The position numbers and the translations under genes were made by a program. From Eledone cirrhosa (lineage: Eukaryota), in contig OZ024741.1 of assembly GCA_964016885.1 (NCBI GenBank), forward strand, positions 68,696,001 to 68,760,000: DNA of 64,000 bases, in the 5' to 3' direction. Position 1 is the first letter of the stretch, and every line of letters starts with the position of its first letter. Shown here piece by piece: positions 48,400 to 60,262 of this stretch. Below the pieces are notes generated by a model. It did no database searches. It worked only from the letters and a program-made list of their open reading frames with translations, and was not told the DNA's origin.

Positions 48400-48443
<44 letters not shown>

Positions 48444-48905
48444 TCCCCTTCCCGCTTCGTGTCGCTTTGATACTTCCTCAGTCAAAAACTGCTGGAATAT
48501 CAAATTTGGCGGTCATTCGAGGTGAGAGAGAGCAACTTTACGGACACGATTTTTGACAGCGGTAAGAAATTGTTTTCTTATATCAATGTTTAACGGGCTT
48601 CCACTGATGATTTATAAGTGCCCACCTAAATATATTCTTACATGAATATATATTAGGCTTCTACATAAACTGGAAACTTTCTCCCAAATTGTAGAAAACT
48701 TATAATGAAACAATTGTTTGGAAAGAGAGATATACTTTAACTTTAATTATATCTCATAAAATAATACAACTGGTTTTTCCACATTATACATATAGTTAGC
48801 ACCCCAAACACTTAAATTGGGTTTATATTTTAATATAACCTAATGTTTGTTGAGTGAGATGGTTACCAGTCAGAGTTTAGCTTTAAACTATCTCTGTTAT
48901 TGTAT

Positions 48906-48967
<62 letters not shown>

Positions 48968-49346
48968 ACAGGCAATCTATTAACAATTGAGTCCCTCAGG
49001 GCTATACACTGTCGCCCACAATTTTCCTCCTGCACAACAACGACTTGCTTGGTGTTGAAATTAAATACACTTATTGTATACAGGTAATGGTTTCTAATTT
49101 AAGTACAAGGCCAGCAATATGGTGGGGGAAAGAACGTCATCCTAGCGTGGAAAAATGGACGTTAATCAGTGATGATGATGAAACCCACATAATTTAAAAA
49201 AGAAAATGCCTTACTTTTACTTTATATATATATATATATATATATTTATTTATATATATATATATAACGAAGGAATTGTGGTAAGGAATCAGCAGGACCA
49301 TAACGCACCAGAGTACTCAATACTTAGGGTAGTAGAGTGGGTAATA

Positions 49347-49448
49347 GGAAAAGGTATGACCCGACAGCAGAGCTGAAGCCGTTTCGACGGAGTCCAGAAA
49401 TAGCCGTCGACACGACTTGAGCTCTGCCGTCGGGGTCATACCTTTTTC
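49347..49448. mobile_element. Internally deleted ~100-bp version of the 43265-44448 MITE
   Basis: Two ~45-bp TIRs almost abutting; TA flanks. Confidence 0.75.
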
Positions 49449-49459
49449 TATATATAGAT

Positions 49460-51108
49460 ATAGATATATTACTATGGAATGTCTTCTTACACACTTTTCT
49501 TGCTGTACCAGCTTCTTGCAGTTTGAGATAAAGCTGCTGCTGTGAATGTCAACATTTTGCAGGAGAGTCTTTGATCTTAGCAGGGCATTTAATGTTGATG
49601 TTTTTAAAGCATTGCGAGTTTTTGTTTTTATGTTGTTGAGAAGGGATAAACCTCTTTCTGCAGCTGCTGAAGGATGTGACAATGACAGAAGTTGCATCAT
49701 GAATTTAGATAGTAACATGTAGCGATATATGTCACCACATTTTCTGGGGAAACAAGAAACCAGTATTTCTCAGGCTCATTTTGTACATTAATAGATGTAT
49801 CTTGCAGAGTCAATTCCCTCCAATCTCTATTTGTTATTGGTCGTCGTGCACAAGGTCGGAAAATTATTTTATTGCCAATGGTATGATCGATTTGGGTTTA
49901 GCCGCAATAACATTAGTCATGTCTAAAGCTACTAGAACAACCTGATTGTTGGTAGAAATGCCCATTGTTTCATCTACAATAAGGGAGAACTTTGTTGAAT
50001 TTAGCTTAGACAATAAATAATCGAAAGCAAGGGGATCGGTCCCCTTGCTTTCGATGATTTGAAAAATTGTAAGTTCCTTTAGTTCTTGTGCACTTGGTGT
50101 CTTTGGTGATATTTGAATCAGAGCATACGTTGGCACTAAAGCCAGGCAAATGATCCAAAATAGCAATGGGTACGTTGTGATCATCAATAAAACCGCAATT
50201 TCAGCTCAGCTCAGCTGATGCTATTTTCGTTAAGTGAGCAGAACATTGAGCAAGCTTTATAAAATATGTTACCTTTACTGTTTGTGTCCCTACTTTCGCC
50301 TTCTTTTAATGTTTTTCTGTCTCTTCATGCCTTACTATTTGACTTAAGCAACCAGCTATCTTACAATTACACAATTTACAGCAGTCTTTACTTGTGTTCT
50401 TTTTATTCAATTCCAACCACGATGAAAATTTCTCATCGTTTAATAATGTTGACGGAACTTTTCTTTCATAGAAAGTGGATTTCAGTTTTTTTCTTCTGGA
50501 GCGTGTCATTTTCGTCACTATCTGAATGATATTCTATATTCACTTTTTTCCACTCTTGATAGGTTCAAAATGTTTCTCAAAAAAGCAAAACAGTTCAGAT
50601 ATTGAAAGATGACACCACCAAAGCACATTGCACGCTGTGACACAATCATGAAATTTAACTAATATGGTTGTCTTCCAAGAATTCATCTTAATCTCTCCGT
50701 ATTTAGATGTATTTATGTATTGTCAATGGAAACTATTCAAGTAAAATGTCCACTGATTGATTGTAAGTGAATAGTGTGTTCTTGGCTACCAGGATAATAC
50801 ACAAGATGGTTGGCTACCGATTTGAAATAATACGCTGAAAAGTATTGGTGTTAAATGAAATCTGACGGGCAAATACATTTAATGGGTAGCTTCTCAACAT
50901 AAAAGTCGTTATAGTTGATGAATGGTAAATCATTAAATGATGATTTCAGAATATCAGTTAATCCAAATTCGCAAAGCAAGTACAATATCTAAAACGTACC
51001 AAAAAGTCCGGACGTGGTATCAAACGTACGGAAAAGTCAAATCAAGAGCAAATAGTATTTGTAGGAACGTACCAACTTCGGACAAACGTATCAGCTTCGG
51101 CAGCGCTG
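49460..51108 (-). pseudogene. hAT transposon relic (BED finger, DDE, dimerisation domain; one terminus)
   Basis: WLE..CKLC..IVRHEETEKH; KFSLIVDET; LSLSHPSAAAERGLSLLNNIKTKTRNAL; end CAGCGCTGCC with subterminal AACGTAC repeats (50990-51090). Confidence 0.8.
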
Positions 51109-51245
51109 GTCGCGACACCAGTTTGCTCTGAAGAGCAGGTACCGTTGTAGTATAAGAAGACAGGATAAATATGCAGCAGATGTATTTATGCAACAGCAGC
51201 ACCAGATGATTAGTATGACATGGTTAGTCCTACATTAACTGTGTA

Positions 51246-51506
51246 CAGGGCCGGATTTAGATTTGATGAGGCCCTAAGCTATTTGAGATAATGGGGCCCC
51301 TTATGTTATAAAAAATGTTATAAAAACTGCAAAACGTTCAATATTAAAGCAGAAAACTATTTAAAACTATTGCATTATTTTAGTTCTTTTTCATCTTATA
51401 TTTTGGAAATGTACACAGCGTTTTTTTTTTCAATTTGTTCGGGGCCCCCATAAAAGTGGGGGCCCTAAGCTATAGCTTGTTTAGCTTATACGTAAATCCC
51501 ACACTG
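51246..51506. mobile_element. hAT-type MITE
   Basis: 8-bp TSD ACTGTGTA (51238-51245, 51507-51514); TIRs CAGGGCCGGATTTA / TAAATCCCACACTG; GGGCCC subterminal motifs. Confidence 0.88.
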
Positions 51507-51789
51507 ACTGTGTATAAAGTTAGTAACTGTTGGAACACTGGTGTTTTCCATGAAAAGAGACCTCAGAAACATTCTCTATGTTTGGAATATAGCAATGTAG
51601 GACCCTTAAACAGTGCAAGTACACAGTTGCTACACGTCTTCTGTCACACTTTGTTTAATAATAGGGAACACAAGAAAATGTTGCTATAAATGCTTAAAAT
51701 AACTAGTGGTCTCTTCTCTCAATTTTCCATTTATTACAGTAAAATGTACATCGCAATTATGCACAGTGTAGGTCGGTTCCTCCCTTGGT

Positions 51790-52335
51790 GTTGGAGTAGT
51801 CAGTTTTCCACCACAACTGAAGCCTACCAGCCTCGAGTTTGGTGACGGCAAATGCCCTGATGTGATAATCCTCTTCCCATTCAAAGGAGGTACATCTCTG
51901 ATCTTGAACGCAATGTATTGCGACACGTCCTCCGTTTCCAGCCTTCTCGCTTCGGCTTCAAACGCGAACACTGCTGCCTGTAATGTAGAGGAGAGGAAGA
52001 TAGTCAAACGCCGAGACCTGACCGGTTGTTTCCTTTTCCTGGCGGTCGCTATCAAGACCTCTTGTGTCCGAGGTCCCCAAACTGCAGTTTCCCTCTGCAA
52101 AATTGTGATGATTACATCCCACCTGAGGAAGTAGCCTGTTAGGTGGACTGTTCTCTGTGACAATGCCTTTACTATTTTGTTCGCGGAATGTAGTTAAGAT
52201 ATGCCGCCTGGACAGGGATGTAGGTTAGCCACTCTCTCCTCGCCATCTTCCCTTAGTTTCACTATATACTTTTTCTCGTTGGTTTTCATTTTTCTATTGT
52301 AAACATTATATAATTTAATTGAAATTTTGTTTAAT
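51790..52335 (+). pseudogene. Degenerate CRE-like RLE non-LTR 3' fragment
   Basis: FPPQLKPTSLEFGDGKCPDV..FPFKGGTSL....CDT....AACNVEERKIVK..L...FLFLAVAIKT (DGKRPDG..WD..DT..AE..K..KY pattern). Confidence 0.65.
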
Positions 52336-52424
52336 AAACAAGTAACCAATCAAAATACACCAAATTTCTTCCACGCCGAACAATTGATTTCTCATACTGT
52401 ATACCTTGAGTGAGACCTATAATA

Positions 52425-52632
52425 ATGGTTTCAGATTTAGGTACAAAGCCAACAAGTTGGGAGAGGGAAAAGTCGATTACATCGACCCTAGTGCATTACT
52501 GGTACTTTATTTCATCGACCCCGTAAAGATGAAAGGCAAAGCTAACCTCAGTGGGATTTGAACTCGGGCCGTAAAGAGAAGTAATCTCTAGGCTGCATAG
52601 CATGTTGTAGCGATACTGCCAATCCAACACGC
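52425..52632 (-). mobile_element. tRNA-derived SINE (diverged)
   Basis: Reverse complement of core and A/B boxes. Confidence 0.8.
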
Positions 52633-53237
52633 TCAGTGAATCCTATAATAATCCTATGATATGTTTCCGCATATACTACTGTATAAAAAAATCATCGACC
52701 ACATTGATATGAACTCACGAACATACCTAGGTCCAAGTCTGTACTGTCTCCTCTTTCTGCCATTTCTACCGCAAATATAACAGCTTCTAATCCTGACAGT
52801 TTGCTAGCTGCAAAGCCTATCTACCCAAGCATATCAGTGTATCCACTTCTTACTGTCTCCTTTCCCTTCACAAGCACCGTATTAACCCTACTCTAACCCT
52901 ACCTCCGACCAGACACTTATTTTTCCCACAAAGTCGAAACACAGCTGTCCAGGGCAAACATCAACTGTTTGAATATGACCAATTTCCGAGGGTCGAAGAA
53001 GTTCTCAAGTGAAACAGTCCATCCTTGGTGAATAAAAACTATTAGAGAAAATATTCTCATCCAGTCACAGTTTCTTTCAACTTAATTTAAAAGTTATCTC
53101 CCATAAGTAAAGGGAAATAACTCCTTAAACAGCAATATTAGAAATCAACGTAAATTTGTATAGCATACTGTTCACTCTCAATCCCCTCTCTCTTGAGAAG
53201 TATGTGTGCGTGTGTGTGCGTTCGTGCGTACGTAGAC

Positions 53238-53280
<43 letters not shown>

Positions 53281-53283
<3 letters not shown>

Positions 53284-53357
53284 AGTTAAGAATAACATGG
53301 TCAACAGTACAAAAAAAAACTTTTTTGTTCTGTTGACCATGTTATTCTTCACTCGTT
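53281..53357. repeat. ~75-bp near-perfect palindrome
   Basis: AAGAATAACATGGTCAACAG.ACAAAAAA / TTTTTTGT.CTGTTGACCATGTTATTCTT. Confidence 0.85.
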
Positions 53358-53658
53358 CAATATTATTACTCCAAGATAAACTTACATAGGAATGCAAGAG
53401 AACTCATAAACTCGCCACCTACGTAAACCTCTTGTTTAGTTATACAACGCCGTACGCTAAAACTATCCACAAAACGGAGTATTCACAACCTTTAACTGGA
53501 TTACCTATAACGATATTTTGTTATCCCTTATGTATATATATATATATATATATATATAAAAGTGTTAAACGATATTCAATGATTATGTCAAAGAATGAGT
53601 TTTAAAGTAGATTGGAAGCACTCTACGTAAAAAAAAAAAAAATTTACGGGGTTAATTA

Positions 53659-53884
53659 ATATTAAAATATAAATATTAATAAAATAGATGTTCTTTTGAT
53701 CAATTACATTTTATTATACATATTTCGGATGGTTAACATTTAATCTACCTTGATTAAATCTTAACCATTTAACATCTCAGGGTATCATTATATTTTGTCT
53801 GATGAGGACGTACTGTTGTACATCCGAAATATGTATAATAAAATGTAATTGATCAAAAGAACATCTATTTTATTAATATTTATA

Positions 53885-53893
<9 letters not shown>
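53659..53893. mobile_element. Penelope-like relic: 73-bp inverted repeat overlapping a hammerhead
   Basis: Arms 53659-53731 and 53821-53893; ends in (TA)n. Confidence 0.65.
53787..53849 (+). ncRNA. Type I hammerhead ribozyme motif
   Basis: ATTATATTTTGT-CTGATGA-GGACGTAC(TGTT)GTACATCC-GAAA-TATGTA-TA^ATAAAATGTAAT; 12-bp helix I with two G-U pairs. Confidence 0.8.
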
Positions 53894-53964
<71 letters not shown>

Positions 53965-53969
53965 TATAT

Positions 53970-54841
53970 AAGTATGTACACGTACATACATATATGTATA
54001 CAGACGTACAGTAATATGTATATATATATACATACATGCACACATATATATATGTACGTATGGATTCACCGAACATTTATTATAATGCTCGGTGTGTTTG
54101 TAAACAAACATCCCGAATTAAGCCGTACAGTGTCTAGCAACCATCGTTGCTTATTTGTTCAACACTGACAAAGGAACGCTGTACTAGTTCCAAGCTTATT
54201 AGCTATCGTCAGCAATGTATACCTTCCTGACAGATGATTAAACGTCTGAAAGTATATACTTTCCTTATGCATAATAACGGCTGAGCAGCCTAATTTGCAT
54301 ATCGAGTGAGTTAATCGGCCGGGGTACCGAAAACGGTAAACAGAAAAAATGAAACGAAATTTCATTTCCCACTCTTAGTACGGCTGTTACTTAAATATAA
54401 GTATGTACACGTACATACATATATGTATACAGACGTACAGTAGTATGTATATATACATACATGCACACATATATATATGTACGTATGGATTCACCGAACA
54501 TTTATTATACTTTCAGACGTTCAACCATCTGACAAGAAGGTATACATTGCTGACTAAGCTTGAAACTAGTACAGCGTTCCTTTGTCAGTGTTGAACAAAT
54601 GAGCAACGATGGTTGCTAGACACTGTACGGCTTAATTCGGGATGTTTGTTTACAAAAACACCGAGCATTATAATAAATGTTCGGTGAATCCATACGTACA
54701 TATATATATATGTGTGCATGTATGATTATATATATATATACTACTGTACGTCTGTATACATATATGTATGTACGTGTACATACTTATATTTAAGTAACAG
54801 CCGTGCTAAGAGTGGGAAATGAAATTTCGTTTCATTTTTCC

Positions 54842-54846
<5 letters not shown>
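53970..54846. mobile_element. Retrozyme-like insertion, head-to-head: ~1.25 units on - (53970-54508, period 429) plus ~0.8 unit on + (54506-54846)
   Basis: Both hammerheads damaged (GGAA for GAAA at ~54176-54218 on -; 9-nt deletion at ~54555 on +). Confidence 0.82.
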
Positions 54847-54899
<53 letters not shown>

Positions 54900-54925
54900 C
54901 TACGCACGCACGAACGCACACATAA

Positions 54926-55044
<119 letters not shown>

Positions 55045-55140
55045 GAGTGTGTGTGTGTGAGTGAGAGGGAGAGAAATTACCGATGATTTCATATGTTATA
55101 AAACAGTTCTAGTCCTGTAGAAGTCATTTCTAGAAATAAT

Positions 55141-55263
55141 TGTTTCTACTTTTGGCACAAGGCCAGCAATTACCCAGTGCATTACTGGTACTTTATTTTA
55201 TCGACCCCGTAAGGATGAAAGGCAAAGTTAACCTAGGCGGGATTTGAACTCAGAATGGCAAGG
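55141..55263 (-). mobile_element. 5'-truncated SINE with 18-bp TSD GTCATTTCTAGAAATAAT
   Basis: TSD at 55123-55140 and 55264-55281. Confidence 0.88.
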
Positions 55264-55786
55264 GTCATTTCTAGAAATAATAAAGGTACCTATACACTAC
55301 CAATGTATTGAGCAACCTTTTAATTGTGATTATCTACCGACATAACTCGGTAACCTACATATATATTTGCAGTCGTGTGTATATATTATATTTATTTGTA
55401 TGTAAATAATGACATTCAGGTTTACACCTTTTGTGTCGGCTTTTTATCGTATTTTCAGTTATCATTTTTTTCATCTTGATTCATTTTCCTTATTCTTTAA
55501 TGGCTTGGGTATTTTCTTGAATATTTTTATTTTTTATTTTTATTTTTTTTAGGGGTGGATATAAAAATCTGCCGACTCTTTCGTAAACAGATGTGAAGCT
55601 CTCTACGGTTTGTATGTCTTAGGATTTTCTCTGTAAGGTATCACCCGGAGTTTTAGTATAATAATTAATATAATAAATTATTTTAACTCTTTCGGTCATC
55701 GAGCAAAACTTGTTATGGCGGACATCACACACACACACACATATACATATGAATATGTGTGTGTATATCATTATTATATATATTTA

Positions 55787-56176
55787 GGGCGGTGGATTGG
55801 CAGTATCGGTAGAGGGTCGGCCGCCATGCTTTCTAGCATAGTTACGTCCCTTTATGGTCTGAGTTCAAATCCCGCCGAGGTTAGCTTTGCCTTTCATCCT
55901 TACGGGGTCGATAAAATAAAGTACCAGTAATGTATTGGGTGTTGACTGGCCTTGTGCCAAAAGTAGAAACAATTATTATATATATTTAGGGCGGTGGATT
56001 GGCAGTATCGGTAGAGGGTCGGTCGCCATGCTTTGATACATAGAGTTACGGCCCTTTCCAATCTGAGTTCAAATCCCGCCGAGGTTAACTTTGCCTTTCA
56101 TCCTTACGGGGTGGATAAAATAAAGTACCAGTAATGCACTGGATAAATGCTGGCCTTGTGCCAAAAGTAGAAACAA
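55787..56176 (+). mobile_element. Two tandem full-length SINEs (55787-55971; 55989-56176)
   Basis: First copy flanked by 17-bp TSD ATTATTATATATATTTA (55770-55786, 55972-55988). Confidence 0.9.
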
Positions 56177-56180
56177 TAAT

Positions 56181-56210
<30 letters not shown>

Positions 56211-56213
<3 letters not shown>

Positions 56214-56420
56214 AAGTATGTATACGTACATGCATATATGAATACAGTTCATACATGTTCGGTAAACCCATACGTAGATATATATGTGTGCATGTATGTA
56301 TATATATACATACTACTGTACGTCTGTATACATATATGTATGTACGTATACATACTTACATTTAAGTATCAGCCGTACTAAGAGTGAGAAATGAAATTTC
56401 ATTTCATTCTTTTCCATTTA
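56211..56420 (+). mobile_element. Short retrozyme-like insertion (inverted 5' piece plus 3' part of unit, no hammerhead)
   Basis: Ends at ...GAAATGAAATTTCATTTCATTCTTTTCCATTTA like other copies. Confidence 0.75.
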
Positions 56421-56428
56421 TATATATA

Positions 56429-57425
56429 CTAGCATTAAAGCCCGGCGTTGCTCGGGGTCATTAAGTTACCAAAGTTAGGTTGCACCACCCATTGTATGGC
56501 AGCACTTTTTTGTCTGCCAGGCACTGGGTGAATGAATTGCAGACCTGGAAACAGGAGCTGCGCCAGCAGTGACAATTGTAGTTTCGCCTATGGATATTAT
56601 CTCTGTGCAAAAAAGTGTTGAAATTTATTGTTTCACAGTACTTGCGCAACACGCGCGTAGACGATGCCAGTCGAACAACATAGCTGCGATGGAGTTGTTC
56701 TGCATGGTTGTCTGTGTGTTTTCTAAATTTAAGACAGTAGGGAGGGTTGTGATATGAGGGAGAGTTAGCTGTTGTTTCTAGCAGGTTTAGTGACCTCATA
56801 GAGGATATGTTTTCTAAATTTAAGACAGTAGGGAGTGGTGTGATATGGGGGAGAGTTAGCTGCTGTTTCTAGCAGGTTTTAGTGACCTCATAGAAGATAT
56901 GTTTTCTAAATTTAAGACAGTAGGGAGGGGTGTGATATGGGGGAGAGTTAGCTGCTGTTTCTAGCAGGTTTAGTAACCTCATAGAGGATATGTGTTTTCT
57001 AAATTTAAGACAGTAGGGAGTGGTGTGGGGAGGGGTGTGATATGGGGGAGAGTTAGCTGCTGTTTCTAGCAGGTTTAGTAACCTCATAGAGGATATGTGT
57101 TTTCTAAATTTAAGACAGTAGGGAGTGGTGTGAACGGACAGTATCACCATCAAGCTTGGTAAGAGAAAGTAGCAGAAAGTATGAAGTTGTATAGATTTTG
57201 AATGGTAGTAGAAAGAGTTCAGCAGTTTAAATGAGAGAGAAAAATCGTAAAATATTGAGTTTAATCTATTTTTGCGTAATTGTGGGTGAAATTGAAAAAA
57301 TTATCTGCGTCAAGACGCAATCGAAACTATTTCGAATACTGAATTGTAAATATCAATTGAAGAAATTCTATATCGTAGATTTCTATAACGAAGGAGCATG
57401 ACCACACACTGAGCTTTATAGATTA

Positions 57426-57428
<3 letters not shown>
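56429..57428 (-). mobile_element. Non-autonomous Helitron (~1.0 kb)
   Basis: On - strand: A|TC 5' end, subterminal hairpin CCCGAGCAACGCCGGG, CTAG|T 3' end; no TSD. Confidence 0.8.
56718..57132. repeat. ~91-105-bp tandem minisatellite (~4.4 units) inside the Helitron
   Basis: GTTTTCTAAATTTAAGACAG anchor at 56718, 56809, 56901, 56994, 57099. Confidence 0.9.
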
Positions 57429-57476
<48 letters not shown>

Positions 57477-57603
57477 AAAGTTATATTTAAATTGTTGGGA
57501 TACAACAAGCAAATATTTTTATAACTGATATAAAGCACTCGACAAATATTTGGAGTAGATATACGATATTAATAAATGGAAACTATATTTATAAAACCAT
57601 ATT

Positions 57604-57668
57604 TATTTCATTATATATAGTTCAAGGATACCAAGTTAAATTATGGTATGCCTTCATCAGACAAAATA
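57604..57668 (-). ncRNA. Degenerate type I hammerhead related to the 53.8-kb motif
   Basis: TATTTTGT-CTGATGA-AGGCATACCA..TGGTATCCTT-GAAC-TATATA-TA-ATGAAATA; GAAA mutated to GAAC. Confidence 0.6.
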
Positions 57669-58468
57669 CAATATATAACAGTTTTATAAATAGACATTGA
57701 CGTACCCTTTTAAAAAGTGACCGTTGCTTTTGGAGGCCATCAGGATAGTGGTTTGTTTACTTTAGTAAGTCATAGTGTTAAGAGTAAGTAAAAAGATGGA
57801 GAGAGAGAGAAAAACGTGGAGAAAAGAAAGGGAGAGATAGATAAAGAAAAAGAAGAAAGCAAAAAGAAAAGAGAACAGAGGAAAATAACGGGGAGATATC
57901 AAACCATCAGACAGAGAAAAAAACTCAAGAGAGAGATATATAGAGATAGAGAGAGGGGGGAGAGAACGAAAACCTTAAGTTATGTCATATTAAGTTGAGT
58001 TAACAATTGAGATGAAATGAATAAATAAAATTAGAAATATTAATATTCATGAATGGAATATAGATATATAATATGATAAATTACACATTGTTTAATTATG
58101 ATTAGATATTTAGTTTAAAAATTGAGATCAATATATAAAAAATTGGAATTTAAACATTATAATATATATATATTGCTAGAGAAATTACCTATCGTATATC
58201 ACGTACACATAGGCAAAGATACATAAATATATATATACACACACGCTCGGAAATACACATTATATCTACTCCCGCATATAACATATACATACAAAGCATA
58301 AGTGATTTTTTATTTATTGCTATACATTCCTTGTGTTATTAATTAAACATTTTTAGTATATATATATAAATATATAGGATTAACTTTCATGCATTTATGG
58401 CTGTTAAGTTATGCATATCTGCAATCAAAAACTGCATGTGTAAGCCTGTACATTCACACCCATAATTC

Positions 58469-59229
58469 TAAGCCTCTTATAACCCCGAAGAAAATACCAC
58501 GGAGGCGGAGGGGGTATTTATATCGAAGCCGTAGAAGAGGTGGTGAAGGAGACGAGAAGTATGGAGGAATCTAGGAGCAGTTTAGGTATGATACATTTTA
58601 TTACTAATTATATCTAAATGTTTCTTCTCTCTTCATAATGTATTTTAACTCTGATACTGGTTCAGTCTAGTTCAACCGGATTGGTCTGTCCCAGTCATTC
58701 ATTGAGCAACATCGGTGAAGTTGGCACCCTTAACTCACGGTTGGGTGCGGATGCATTCATGTATATGTGTGTGTCCGCATGTATCTGTGTGTTTCTAAAT
58801 ATATTGTTAATAACTCCCTCTGGTCGAGCAATCTTTGAAGTGTGGGGACTGCTGGAAAGCTTCCATTACTCATACTTCTCGCCCCCTTCACCACCTCTTC
58901 TACGGCTTCGATATAAATACCCCCTCCGCCTCCGTGGTATTTTCTTCGGGGTTATAAGAGGCTTAGCTCTGTTTCTCGACCGTTATATCGCGTGACTATC
59001 TCCCCCTCCGCCTTTTGGGATTCTTTCTCACGTCGTGTAGACGCGTTCTTGAGACTAGTAAAATGAGGTATCCTCTTGATAAGTCGGCAGACCTCGCAAG
59101 GACTCTATATCTTTATGATGTATTGTTTTTGTTTATGCCACGAAACTACGTAGTCGAGGAATCTAGGAGCAGTTTAGGTATGATACATTTTATTACTAAT
59201 TATATCTAAATGTTTCTTCTCTCTTCATA

Positions 59230-59234
<5 letters not shown>
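58469..59234 (+). mobile_element. Second retrozyme/Penelope-type non-coding element: 95-bp inverted piece, 592-nt monomer, 79-nt direct repeat
   Basis: 58469-58563 is the reverse complement of 58871-58965; 58564-58642 repeats at 59156-59234; hammerhead-like motif at 59071-59160. Confidence 0.75.
59071..59160 (+). ncRNA. Degenerate type I hammerhead motif
   Basis: TCCTC-TTGATAA(core mutated from CTGATGA)-GT.GGCA...TGCCAC-GAAA-CTACGTAG-TC^GAGGA. Confidence 0.6.
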
Positions 59235-59282
<48 letters not shown>

Positions 59283-59285
<3 letters not shown>

Positions 59286-59358
59286 TAATCTATAAAGCTC
59301 AGTGTGTGGTCATGCTCCTTCGTTATAGAAATCTACGATATAGAATTTCTTCAATTGA
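59283..59358 (+). mobile_element. 5'-terminal 76 bp of the same Helitron family, in inverted orientation
   Basis: Reverse complement of 57353-57428. Confidence 0.8.
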
Positions 59359-59503
59359 GATGACTCCTGCCTTCTCTCTCTCTTCTCTACACGCTCCAGT
59401 CTGGGAGTTGAGATCAACTCACCATCACAACGTGTGGTAAAAAACATTTCTATTATTATATTTGACTTCTGTGAAGTAAAACTATGATACTAACCTTCTA
59501 AAT

Positions 59504-59514
59504 TGGTGACACCG
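59504..59514 (+). promoter_or_regulatory. Putative primer-binding site (tRNA-Trp-like)
   Basis: TGGTGACACCG vs tRNA-Trp complement TGGTGACCCCG (1 mismatch). Confidence 0.6.
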
Positions 59515-59569
59515 AAAACAAAAATAGGATCGGTATTATGTGTATATAAAAAAGAAAAAAACATTTAAT

Positions 59570-59749
59570 TGTTTCTACTTTAGGCACAAGGCCTGCAACT
59601 ACCCAGTGCATTACTGGTACTTTATTTTATCGACCCCGTAAGGATGAAAGGCAAAGTCAACCTCGGCGGGATTTGAACTCAGATCGTAAAGGGACGTAAC
59701 TATGCTGGAAAGCATGGCGTCCGACCCTCTACCGATACTGCCAATCCAC
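59570..59749 (-). mobile_element. SINE inserted in the Gypsy leader, 13-bp TSD AAAAACATTTAAT
   Basis: TSD at 59557-59569 and 59750-59762. Confidence 0.9.
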
Positions 59750-60262
59750 AAAAACATTTAATACAGAACAACACGTTTCATTCTGATCTGGCTGTATTTT
59801 ACTGATTTCAGCATCTTTATCTGTAACGTTTAACAATCAAACTCCTCATATGTGCAAAGCGAACATTCCATTTATTTACACACAAACACACAAAAAAAAA
59901 AAAAGATAATATTGCTGCTAGCTTCCTAGCAAAACAACAATTGTATTAATGTTTTTTCTTCTTCTCTTCTTTTCTCTGGCTAAAAATTTTGAGGATGACA
60001 AGATGGCGGCTTTCTTCTCCATCAAAAGTGTTTTTGGCGCGAAAACGCCCGCCATATTGGTTTTAGTTTTAAATTCCCTGCCTATACCTTATTAATGACA
60101 TTGCTCGGTTAGTCGCTCCTTTACATTTTGTGTCGGATGCATTCTTTTTCCTGTCCAGTTGTTTGACAGAGAAAAACAAGTGATTTTGTTTTCTTTTTCC
60201 CTTGTGTTGGAGATATTTTTCCGAACGGAGACAATTTTTGACAAATTACCTACGGTATATCA

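Noticed and set aside
56718-57132. CRISPR-like array
   Set aside because: Whole units repeat with no unique spacers; eukaryotic context; no cas genes.
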